A DNA stretch of 64,000 bases from Cycas panzhihuaensis (Eukaryota; Plantae; Cycadophyta): assembly GCA_023213395.1 (NCBI GenBank), contig CM041465.1, positions 133,059,741 to 133,123,740 on the forward strand. The letters are read 5' to 3'. Below the pieces are notes generated by a model. It had not been told where the DNA came from and ran no database searches. It saw nothing but the letters and a program-made list of their open reading frames with translations. Of this stretch, positions 51,882 through 64,000 are shown one piece after another. How positions within the stretch are numbered: position 1 is the first letter of the stretch; each line of letters begins with the position of its first letter. Made by a program: the position numbers and the translations under genes.

Positions 51882-52199
51882 CCATCCTCTTAACTGCAAG
51901 CTTTTTGTTGGTCTCATTGGCTCCATGAATGATCTCTTGACTCTACATAAAATAGTAGGCTTTGTTGTGAGTACTTAATACTTTCTTATTTAAACTATAT
52001 TTTCCTAATTACTTGTTGAGTGAATGCAATCTCCTATTTTTCTCCAATGTAAGACTACCTCATCTGTGAGCTCCTTGACCATGCACTATAGATTTTCTCA
52101 ATTCCATGAATTGTATGGTGATAATACCATAAATTATTAGCCATGCAATTAATTCTCTATTATTTCTTCTATGTATGAAAAATAGATGTAAAACTACCA

Positions 52200-53740
52200 T
52201 AGACATAAGATTACTCCATAGTGTGCTCCTTTATAGGTAAGAAATTAACAAAAAATGAGGGTGTATGTTTAAACCTTTCTTTGCAAATTTCTCTCAAATG
52301 TTTTCATTTCAAAGCGTAAAATTAGTCTTAAAAATTTCATCATAATGTAATTTTTCTATCAAACATAAATTTACAAGGTGATTTTATGAATTTTTTAAGA
52401 TATGAGTAAAAAATCCTTCTAAACCCTATCTAATATTTAGAATTTCAAGCCAATTCCTAAATAAATTACAAGTCTAATAAAAAACCATCTGTGGGTCTAA
52501 AAAGGTATTGCAAAGGTATTTGATTTGAGACCCTTTTTAAAGTGATCATACAACCTTTTTTTTAGAGTACAATCGTACAATCGTACGAATCAAACCTATT
52601 CCTCACACAGAATAGTCTCTTCCACAAAATTTTATCATTTATCTGATAAGAATTGTCTCTATTTATTCATTGGGAGACTCTAATAAATTAATAAGACAAA
52701 ATTATAGTGCCTAAAAAATTAGAATAAAGGGTCTTCTAGTTACTAAAATTGCTTAAGATCTTGTCATATGAAAGGAAGTAGATCTATGTATAACTAATGT
52801 TATCAAACTTGCTAGTTGGGAAGAAAAAGATAGACAAGATCATGCAATCATTACTCTATTTATAGGAGACTCTTCTAACTCATATTGGTGAGGCATTCTC
52901 ATTTGTAGAGTCTTGAAATACCTTAGCTTCCTTATATAGTCAAAAAAATGAAACAAGAATAATCACACTAAGAGAATAATTATATCGACTACAAGGAAGG
53001 TAAACTAGTCTCAGATTTCATTACCAAAGTTGTAGAAGTAAAGGATAGCTTGGTTTCTCTAAGTGAGTTTATATCTAATATAGAACTTGTTCATCTCATC
53101 CTTAACAAGCTACCAAAATCATTTGATAGTCTCATTAACACTCTTACTATAGGAGGACAAGTTAGAAGAATGTCCTTTGATACTCCTTGTAGACATTTAT
53201 TGTAGCAAGAATAAAGAATAAAAAGATATAAAGAAGAAACTGAGATCAAATAAGCCTTCATATCTTAATTAAGAATTGGAGGATAAGGATAATCCATAAA
53301 TCTTTTAAGAGGCAATGGAAAATTAGTAGATACAAGATATATATCAGAAGACATCTAAATCTATCATTATTATGGAAGACAGGGAGATCTTATTAGTGAT
53401 TGTAGAGTAATGGAAACTTGCACCTATTATCATTATGGGAGATCTAGACATCCTACTAGTAACCATCAATAAAGAAGATCAAAGATCTATAAAGAAAAAT
53501 AAGCTAAAGATAACTATAGTAATGAGAAGTCAAAAGATGAGGAAGAAGAAACTGCCTTTATCACTACTCTAACTTCCTACATCTAAATCAATAAGGATTA
53601 GTTCATAAACTTTTGGGCTTCAAATCATATGATAGGAAGAAAATACTGGTTCAAAATCTTCATCCATATTCATCTAGCAAGATCATAGAAATTGGAGATA
53701 ATTTTCCTTTATGTATAAAAGGTAAAGGAATTATAAAGGA
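52200..53740 (+). pseudogene. Copia leader, gag and protease remnant related to the A family
   Basis: Decayed SWEEKD...LYSQKNETRIITLRE matches A2 Gag SWEERD...LYGQKNKARIIALKE; GASNHM protease motif at ~53615. Confidence 0.75.
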
Positions 53741-53744
53741 AATT

Positions 53745-54138
53745 AGTCAGAGGGGATAGTCTCAAAACCCACAACTATACTATCATTTCCACCTTGCTCT
53801 CTAAACCTTGACTGGATCCACTAATTAGTTCCATCTTCTACACTCTAGTAGCTATGCTCTTCAGCCTGTGTGTTTATTTCCTACCATATGTGGGATAAAT
53901 CTCCTCTAGTCACTCCTCGATCTAATATTCTTAACTCCAGTTCATCTTGTCCCCTCTTCCACCTATATACGAGCCATATGGGATCATGTCCATGCTCAAA
54001 GAGACCCTGGTCATTACCTGCAAACTCTCTATCCAACTTTAACTACCACTGCAGTCTGCCCTTGGTTCACCCAACTCTTATCCGTTCGCTTGCAACTTGC
54101 ATCCACAGAATCATAAGTCATCTTAAGTGGTCCATGAT
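53745..54138 (-). other. GC-richer non-coding insert, probably a truncated LTR
   Basis: On - it begins TATCATGG (TGTCA-like) and has TATATAGG; it abuts the integrase DNRG(G) motif of the next remnant. Confidence 0.4.
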
Positions 54139-56682
54139 AATAGGGGATAATTTATTTCAAATGAATTTAAGGTATATTATAAATACTATGGTATAAGGAA
54201 GTAATTCACGAATCCTTATACTTCATAACAAAATAGAGTTACAAAAAGGAAAAATAAAACTATTGGTTGAAATGACCAGAAGTATGGTTAAGGATAAGTA
54301 ACTTGATATGAATTCTGGGAATAAGTATTGCATACAATAATTTTCATATTAAATATGTGTACCACTAAGGCTATTAAGTGGGTTATACTAAAGGAAGCTT
54401 GGTCTAGTTATAAGCCAAGTATATAACACTTGAAGATTCTTGGATGCTTAGCGTATGCTCATATTCTATAACAAAGAAGAATAAAGTTCGATGATAAAAG
54501 CACCAAGTGCATCTTTTAGGATATTATGATGTTTCTAGATCTTATACATTATATGACCTAAAAGAAAAGAAGATAATTATAAGTAGGGATGTCATCTTCA
54601 AGGAAGATGAATGTTATTGAGAAGAAGTTGAAAAAGATAAAGGAAAGAAGATTATAGTTGAAGTTGATTCAAATCCAAAGTCTACAAATACTCTAAGTCC
54701 AAATGAAGTAGGACCCTCTATATTCAATCAAAAGGTTCTAAAATGGGCTCAAAGGGGTCATGATCCTTCAAATAATTTAGACAATAACTTTAAGAGAAGG
54801 ACCACTCACTCTCAAAGAGTTAACTTTGCCTTGATGAGTCAAGTAATAGAATTAAATGAGCCTTATAACTTTGAAGAGGCTAATACAAAAGATGAATGGA
54901 AATATGCCATGAAGGAAGAGTACAATGGCTTAGTTTAAAATGATATTTGAGAGTTAGTTAATTTGCCACCAAATAAAAATGTAATTAGAATAAAGTAGGT
55001 CTATAAGACGAAATATAGATTAGATGGAACAATTGATAAATATAAAGCAAGATTAGTTGCCAAAGGATATGTATAAGTTGAAGGTATTGACTACAATGAG
55101 ACATTTTCACTAGTTACTAAAATGGAGATAGTTCATCTGATGATGGGTTTAGATGCATAAGAGGGTTGGAGAATTCAATAAATAGATGTTAAGAGTGCCT
55201 TCTTGAATGGGTATATAGAAGAAGAAATTTATATCTAATAACTTAAAGGTTTTGAAGTAAAGAGAGAAGAACACAAGTTATACAAACTCAAAAAGCCCTT
55301 GTATGAACTCAAACAAGCACGTAGAGCTTAGTACTTTAGGATTGATAAGTACTTTAGAAAAATAATTCTATTGGAGTCAATTTGATCATAATTTATATAT
55401 CAAGATAGAAGGAAGATCAGTATTCATTATGGGCTTGTGTGTTGATCACCTAGTTTATACAAGCAATGATCCTTACTTGTCCCAAAAATTCAAAGAAGAC
55501 ATATGCAAAGAATTTGAAATGACTAATTTGGGACTTATGCACTACTTGTTAGGCTTGGAAGTTTGGAAAAATGAAAATGGGATACTTGTTTCCTAAAGGA
55601 TGTACACTTTGGACTTATTACATAAGTTCAACATGAGTAATTGTAAGGAACTTGCTACACTAGCCAAAGTTATGGTAAAATTATCTAAGTATGAAGAATA
55701 TGCATCATTTGACCCTAATCTCTATAGGCAATTGATCGATAGTTTGATTTACTTCACTTTAACTTAGTTAGACGTCATGTATGCAGTTAGTGTAGTTTTC
55801 AAGTTTATACATGAGCGTAAGATGATACATTGGCAAGTAGCTAAGAGGATCCTCAAATACTTAAAATGAATAGTTAGTTATAGACTTCATTATAGGTCAT
55901 CGATAGATTTCATATTAATTGGTTACACATATTCAGATTAGGTAGGATGTATAGACAACAGAAAATCTACATTAGGTTACATGTTTAGTTTAGATTCAAC
56001 AACAATAGTTTGGAGTTCAAAGAAACAAAGCATGACATCCTTATCTATTGTAGAATTAGAATACAAAGTAGCAATAACAGAAGCTTATGAAATAGTTTGG
56101 CTAAGAATACTACATTAGGATTTACAGGTAAAATAGGATGGCCCCACACAAATGTTATGTGATAATCAAAGTACCATACAAATGACTCAAAATCTTGTGT
56201 TTCATAGTAGAATGAAACACATTAAAAGTCAATATTATTTCATCAAAGAATTGGTTTCAACACGCCAAATTAAGTTGACCTATTACAACATAGAAGAGCA
56301 AGTGGCAGATATTTTCACTAAGGCACTTGGAAATATTAAGTTCAAAAAATTTAGAAACAAGCTTAATGTCTCCCCAAATGGGCATTATGACAGAGAAATA
56401 TTGGATAATACCCATTAAGGCTAATATCGACACCTATCAACGTATGATGGCATATCTCTTGGTGCAGCTAACTTAGTTGAATATTATCATCATTTGAGTG
56501 GATTTCTTAATGGTGTTTTTAAACACTAGTTAGCGATAGACATTGGGTTTCTTCTAAGCTTTTGTCTATTTATTCAAGGGATCTAAAGACCCTAGAGTTC
56601 ATCAACACCATCATTATGCTAGAGATTTGATTTTCCCTTTATTGCACTCTGTCGCTCCCTCTGACTCCCATATTTCCATTCA
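54139..56682 (+). mobile_element. Copia G 3' portion (integrase, RT, RNase H, 3' LTR ~56399-56682), related to element E
   Basis: Colinear with E 30380-32640, including the linker KV.KW.QR.H.P.N..D.NF.RR..SQRVNFALM; LTR shares AAGACCCT.G.GTTCATCAACA with E. Confidence 0.88.
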
Positions 56683-57749
56683 TAACTAGCTGATTAGGTT
56701 GAAAAGTAATCTAGTGAGAAGCCTATATAAGAGTAATGTGATGGGCAATATAATGAAATAATAAGTGAATCACATAAATTAAGCAAGGAAATACCCATCA
56801 ATGAGTAACTTAAGAAAGAATCTAAGACATAAGATGACTCTAAAAAGGCACTTAATTTAAATTGCAATTATGTCTTATAATTGTCCATTTCATTTGAAAG
56901 TATCATCGTTCATCTTGATTTCCCTAATTCCATAGTCTTGGGAAACTTCCTAGCTCTTGCAAAACAAGCTCTTATAATTGAACTAGATTCTAAAGCCTTA
57001 AATTCTCAACCTCTAGTAGGTAAATTTCTTATCCTACTCAACATAGATCTTCATATCTCATTCCCTAGGAAATCTTTTTTTCACCAATCCTATATTCTTT
57101 GTCCCTTGTAATAAGTTTTAACCTTTAGTGCTATCATTATACACCCCTTCTATAAGATGTTGACATCCTTCCTCTATATCTTAATTCACTTTATCACCAA
57201 CTTTCTTACCTCCCTACTTATTGTCCCATTAATATTTTATAATACTCAGGAAACCATTTTCATAAACCCTTTGCCAAAACCCCTTTCTCATGAAGAGTTC
57301 TTATTCCCTACTCATTCCATTTTATTCCCTCAAACCCTTAGCTTACTTATAGATCTAAATTATTAACCTCTCATTCTATATCATAACATTACCCACAAAT
57401 TCCTTTTATCTACCCCTTAATTAATCTAATCTTTATATATTATATTCCCATATCAAGTCTCCATATATGCTTCCTCCTAGCTTCCCCTTGATATAACTCA
57501 TCTATACCCTCTATTCCCTATATTTTGTATTTCTCTCTCCTTGATATTTGTCCATACACATCTTCCCTTATACAATCTACCCCTCACATTCTATGATCCC
57601 CATATGTAATTCCACCTTTACATCCCTACGCCTTATTTTCAGAACTATCCATACCTATTTTTCTAATACAATATTAATAATCCATACATTTCCCCTACAT
57701 TCCTCCTTAAGCAAAATTGTAAATGGGCACAAAATACAAACATAAGTTA

Positions 57750-60730
57750 AGACTTCAAAACACATGACTTTTAAGATCGTGCAAGAACAAAGTCTCATAT
57801 AAAAGTAGTTTCATACAAGGCATTATCCCAAATAATAAAAAATCACATATGGGTTTCTTCAAGAAGACAATGTAAAGGAGAACCAAATGTCTATGATATT
57901 TTGGCCTTAGTGAGTGGAATGTTCAAGACACAACATGAGGAACTATATACTCTAGATTGCAATAAAATTACAAATACTTTGTGGATGAAGTATTCATTGA
58001 AGGAGGGATAGATTATAACTATCATAAAAATTACTAAGTAAGTTAATTTTTTTTTTATAAGTTAGTATTTTATTAATTATTGTTATTAAGGAGTTGGTAA
58101 TATTAGTTAATTTGAAGTTAGCTTTTTTGAAGTGCTTATTTTGGTGCCTATATAAGGAGGCCTTAAGACTCATTTATGTAAGCTTGATTTTATTTTTAGT
58201 TTAATCCAATTATTTTAGCACTTGGTGCCCAAGGGTTGCTTACTTATTCAACTTTCTTATTAAGCTTTCATTTAGCTTTATTTTCAGCATAGAAATTTTG
58301 GTTTTCTTATTATTAGTTATTATATTATAAAAACTATTACATTGAGGGTAATGGCCTCAACATCAACTTTAGCTTTTTATGTTAATTGAGGAATCTTCTT
58401 ACATATGTATAAGAATATAAATTCTCATCATAAGATTCTATAACTCTTATAATGTATTGTTATTCCCTTTCTCTTTATATTATTACTTTGTAACTATAAT
58501 GAGGGATATTATAACTAATGAGGCACATATGATAATTTAGACTATTGGTGATATTAATCTATTTAAAGGATCATCTCTCATATAACTATTGAGTAGAGTT
58601 GATTTCGATATTAATGTAATTATAGTTGTTTACTCCCATGGTTTTTCTCTTTGTGGGGTTTTTCATATATATCTAGTATTTGATCTATGTTTGCTTGCAC
58701 TGTTACTCTATTATATTATCTCTTGATGTATTTTGTTCATTCCAATCTCTTACATGGTATTAAAACATACCATTGTGTATCTCACATATATTAGAACTTT
58801 GATTATTTAATCATATTGAAATTTAGCATGGTATCAAAGTGTCGTTTAATTTCTAATATGATATTAGAGCTACATCAATCTTTATAGTTGTTTAGAGTGC
58901 AATAAGAGTGATAATTTATTGGGTTATATGTTCATGTTAATGATACTATTTGACATTAGGAGAGTCCTTATTTTTTCAATAGATAGAAGCCAAGAGGATA
59001 AGAACATCTTAGTGTTTATTGATAATTGTATGTTGTTAATGAGACATATTATTGTATATAACTCTTATCAATTCTATTTCTCAGTTATGGGCACATATAG
59101 AGGTGCTTGGGAACCCTCAATTTGGGTATGCATAGAAGTCTGTAAGAACCCAATTATACTAGTTTTTATTTTGTGAGGTAGATTTAGACCTCATAATGGT
59201 ATGGTGGATTTGGGCAAAGCTCAAATATCCTAATTACCTAAGGAAGGTGATTATAAATTAAATGTACAGATGAAGTTAGATGAGAAGATCTACTATGTTA
59301 ATGCTCACATATTAATTGATGAGAATGTGTTTAAGACTAAGTCCCATAAGAACACATAGGATAGTATCTATGAGGTTGATATTCATATAACATTTAATGG
59401 AGGTAATGATATAGTTAAAGACCCTCAGAGGGTTGCAAAGAATTTTTATATGACAAAGAAGGCAATTAAGATTATTTCTAGTATAAGTATCCAAAGTGAG
59501 AAGGCAAAGCATTCTAGAGGACTATGTGAAGGAGCTTATGGAAAAGAGGCCCATGGAGGAGATGAAGATGGATTCAGGTAGGAAATCTAAATTACTGGTG
59601 TAAAATGAAATGCTTATCATCTTATCTCACCTAATAATAAGGACTTATACTAAGTGGTGTAAGTGAAAGTTATGTAATCAAGTTGCCTGAGAATCTATGG
59701 TCATTTATTATTTGAAGACTAGAGCAAAGATCCTGTTTAAGACATCCAAGAGACACATGAAGGTTAAGAAGAGGAGGTTGATGATTAGCAAGTCTAAGTT
59801 AAGGAGAGTGTGGTTGCTAAGATATCATGCAATTATATTTAATCTTGAATAATTAAACTTCAAGTCTAAATCAAGGGAGAATTATTAAGCTCTTAACACA
59901 CTATGTAACTATAAATGGAAGAGTTTACAAAGATGAAGGTGATAAGAAGGAAGATTGAGGATGAAGTTTTGGGAGAATTTGTCAAAGGTACAAGTTAGTG
60001 AGGTGAAATTTTATGAGGGTAAGGCTCACGAAATCATGTGTTCATGAATGCGAATGCATGAAATAAAGATGGATTGTGGAATATCATTGGACTATTTAAT
60101 TAAAGAATTTTGTAAAGTGTACACATAGAGGAATGCTATTTGGATGTAAAGTTATGATATTATAGGGTAAGTGCTTTGAAAAAACATATTCTTACTAAAG
60201 AAAGGTATAAGAAAGATTAGAAGCTATGAAAAAGATATTCATGAGGAAGCAAGTTATAGAGTGAATAAAGACTATTGATCATTGGGTATCTGGTTTCATC
60301 TAAAGACATTCATAATGGAGCCTTCACTCATTTAAAGCATTAGAAGAAGTGTTGGAGATAAGAGTAAGTCATGAGGAAGAATATCAACCATTTGATTAGG
60401 ACACATGTTGACATCTCACATGTCAGAGTTTTATAAATAGGCACATCACCATAAGTGCTCTTGCTAAAGGAAAGTCTCATGAAGAATGAAATATATAAAA
60501 TTTATATTCATGAGGAAGTAAAGTAGAAAGTATATAGAAGCCATTAGATTGTAGGACTTGGTATCATTAGAGGAAGTTTTTAACTTGATTATGCCCCGCA
60601 TTCCTATTTGAACTTATGGGATTGTGAGCCATAAGATCACTAATTGTTGAATGGTAAGAGGGTGAATGTCAACCATATGATGAGGAAGACACCCATTAAC
60701 ATCTCATATATTATATATTTACATAAGCAT
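57750..60730 (+). mobile_element. Cluster of very old LTR-element remnants
   Basis: PPT-like GAAGGAGGGA (~58000) and TCAAGGGAGA (~59871); Met-PBS-like TGGTATTAAAAC (58755) and TGGTATCAAAG (58829); diverged ~280-bp direct repeat at ~60230-60725. Boundaries unresolved. Confidence 0.45.
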
Positions 60731-60738
60731 TAAGGGCC

Positions 60739-63479
60739 TGTGATAGGAGAAGGAGAAAAACATTACTATGGAAGAGTGTTATATGACCACATGTGACTAG
60801 CAGAACTACGATGCTATCACTCATGGTTAATACACTAGAAGGCTATTAAAGGCACCAATGAAATGAAAGGTCATTTGGCTTGCCAATGGGATTATAGGGA
60901 GGAGGCCCTCTTTTGTCTATATAAGGGCCTTGAATTATAAAGGAAGGTTTTTATGTAATTATTTTTTCTTAAGAGATTGGTACTTTAGTACTCTTAAGTT
61001 ATCTTTGGTGTTCATTTGTGCTCTTTGGTGATATTTAATTCTATGTTTGGTTTCTATTAATAATATGGTATTGCATTTTCCTACTCATTTTCTTCGTATT
61101 TCCATTATGTGTGTGAACAAAAGTAGGATAGTTGTATCCCAACTGGTGTCAGAGCTTAGTTTCTAGATCTAATAGGAAGCAATAAGCTTGAAGGAAGCTA
61201 AGGAGAAAGGGAAAAATTCCCTTGGTATATCACTATAACCCTTCTCTATAGTTCTATTCATTTTTATTTTAAGTGGCATCTACTTAAATTTCTTATAAGT
61301 CTATAAAGTTGTAAGTGGGTAGTAAAGTCCTACCCTATCCCACCCCTTTCCCCTAGTGGTTAGATAGAGACCTTGTGCTAAGGGTCTATAAACATCATGG
61401 GGATCTATTATTCTGAGCTAAGCATTCATGGTTAAAAAACTGTATGTGATATGAAGTGGTACAACAATGCTTGTGTAAGCTTTAAGAAGAACCTAACTAC
61501 ATATGTGAGCCTCCACATACTTTCAGGTATATAAGAGGACCCCTTTAGGTTTCTTCATTCTGACCTAGAATAAGAAACCAATTAATAATTTGTCCCTCTA
61601 TGGTACATGGGTTAGCAGTTAGCGCTTGAAAGTTACCCTACTTGAATATCCTTGCATGGCTATAAACCTTATAGGGATGCACATTACTCCATAGGTAGTT
61701 CCCTAAGATATTAGGTTAAGCTCTAGTAATAACAAGGAAGTTTACATAGGGCCTATAAAGCCAAACACTCCTTTGTCAGTGTTTAGTAGACTCCCTCTAA
61801 TCATCTCTATCGCTTCCCTAATAAAATTATTTATTACAAAATTGCTTATTTTACTATATTTTTGAAATTAAAATCATCTATTACCAAGACTATTATAACT
61901 TCTAGTGTAATCCTCTAAAGCTACTATAAATCTAAACACACTGCTACATATACAAAGATATACAGATTGAACCTACAATAATGGTACCACCTAAATATTA
62001 ATAGTACATAAGTAATATGATAATATATATCAACAAAGCATAAAAGATTTGATTATTCCTATCTAAACCTTCAACTAAAAATTCTAAATTCAATACTTGT
62101 TAAGCACCCTTGTTCTTAGTCCACTCTCTCATTAGAAAAAAAAAGGCAAAAGAGTTTGCAAGGTCACTTTAATGAATGCTTCTCTATTTTTAACAAAACC
62201 TATATCATTGGACTCATGACAAAAAAAATATTATTAAAAAAAAAAGGCCACCCCAAAATCTGTAATATGACCACTTAAAATTTTTAGAATGAGTCATTTC
62301 ATTTTAAATTTACCATTGCTTCTTAAAACTTTTGCTGTTCAAACTCTAATATACACTTTGAAATGCTACATTCAAGTAGGGAAAAAAAAAATATAAATAC
62401 TCTTACTTTGAAACCACTTGTAACAAGCTTAACCTTGTTACCTCTTTAACATATAAAACTATAACAAGATAACCAAAATTAGATGGAGGTGGATGAAGTA
62501 GAAGATGGAAGTGAAAAGTGTTAAAAGAGAACCAAAGGTTACCAAAGTGAACCCTAAGAGAAGTATATTTATCAACATATCATTACAATGAGTAGGGTGC
62601 CATATTTATAGAAGGATCACCTATATTATATTATTCTACCTTTAAGCTAATTAATCCAACTCCCCTAACAAACTAATTTTTTCAAATCAAATAAGGAAAT
62701 AATTAAGTAGCCAAGTAGGTTATATTGTATTCATCTACAATATCTAAGCCCTAACAAACATTGACCTTGATATTCAACATATCCTTAATAAATATTAAGC
62801 TATTTTCACCCCCTGTCAGCTAGCCTCCCACTAGATCATGGGTGTTACCACCCTATTGAGTTGAAAAATCCCCATGGCCCGATCAATCTCTAACCTTATA
62901 GAAATTCATACTTTTAAAAGAATGGGATTAAAAAGATTACCAATGAGTTAATGAAAATAGAGATAATTCAATCCAATAAAAGCCCATATGCTGGCCCTAT
63001 TACGTCAGTTAAAAAAAGGGATGGCTTATTTAGGTTATGTGTCAATTATCAAGAACTTAATAAAATAACTATAAAAAATAAATTTTCTACCCCCAAAAGT
63101 GATGACATGTTAGATGAGATCGATGGCACCATAGTCTTTACCAAGTTAGATCTTTAATCTAAATACTATTAAATACTAATTACACTAGAAAGCCATCACA
63201 AAATTGTATTATGTACACACTATAACTAGTTTGAATTTCATAGTATGCCTTTTAGTTTATGCAATACCCTAGCCATGTTTTAATTCCTTATGAACAAGAT
63301 ATTTAATCCTCACCTTAGGAAATTTATTATTGTTTTCTTTGATGACATACTCATTTATATCATAAGCATGGCCGTCCATACCTACCATTTAAAGACAATC
63401 CTAAAAATTTGGGGGCAAACACCAATTATACACTGTCTCTAAGTGTTAGTTTAATAAATCTAATATTACGAACCTAATT
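60739..63479 (+). mobile_element. Decayed Gypsy H (5' LTR 60739-61141, PBS, conserved leader, RT fragment)
   Basis: TGTGATA...TATCCCA termini; PBS TGGTGTCAGAGC at 61144; RT ORF 62951-63157 ([18 protein letters not shown]) and VFFDDILIY at ~63330-63360. Confidence 0.75.
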
Positions 63480-64000
63480 CGTAACATAAGAGCAATTACC
63501 AAATATACAAGAGAGCACATGAGTACATTGAAGGAGTTTTATAGTCAACAAACTAAATATTTGATTGATAAGATACGAATGATATATAATACATTAGAGG
63601 CCTCATTTATAGGTGTATAATGGGCCCCTTCACTTATAAGTCACAACTCTTTAGAGATGCCCTTTCATTTAATCAACAATTAATTAATCCTTTAAGGAGG
63701 TCTGTAACAATTCCTCCCTCTTAAGATGTTTCACCCATGAAACATAGTCAAATGATTGCAGTCCCTTAAATGAACATTGTCCTTTATTGTTGTAGAGTCC
63801 AGTAAGCAATTAGTCAGATGTTATAGGCATTTGTTGGAAGATTCTTCTGGTTGAAAACCTTGGCTATATTTTTGGGATGCTTGTGGTTACTTCTCGATTT
63901 CTTCACCCTTATTCTTGCATAGTATGACTTTAGTTTTATTCAATCTTTTTCTTGATAATGTGATGGTTCTTCCTTCTTTCTTAAATCACATAAATTATTC
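63480..64000 (-). mobile_element. 3' end of another Gypsy element inserted in H (3' LTR 63480-63709, PPT, integrase end)
   Basis: (C)GTAACA...GTAACA LTR-like segment with TATAAA on -; PPT as TTCCTCCCTC at 63711-63720. Confidence 0.6.

Overview
Eukaryotic plant nuclear DNA with the look of a large gymnosperm-type genome: AT-rich, CpG-depleted and dominated by old nested LTR retrotransposons (the taxon is inference). One host gene is supported: the 5' part of a ferric reduction oxidase (FRO) gene on the - strand. Its three exons (36688-36520, 35783-35690, 34246-34052) splice in frame, and its third intron appears to run more than 34 kb off the left end of the window. That intron holds nested Copia (A1, A2, E), chromovirus-type Gypsy (B, D) and Athila-like (C) elements. 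Upstream of the gene are a CpG-retaining promoter with a palindromic CATGC/ACGT module, a complete chromovirus F (372-bp LTRs, AATAA TSD) and more decayed Copia/Gypsy remnants. The most interesting signal is a ~400-nt non-coding leader shared by two Gypsy elements with unrelated LTRs (41046-41445 and 61360-61770), whose hairpins are kept although the sequence has changed: a candidate conserved structured RNA. Other leads: a templated-insertion repair scar in a Copia LTR, a poly(A)-ended antisense segment in FRO intron 2, and a Q/G-aromatic low-complexity domain in a Copia Gag. Element names A-H are my own labels; coordinates were counted by eye.
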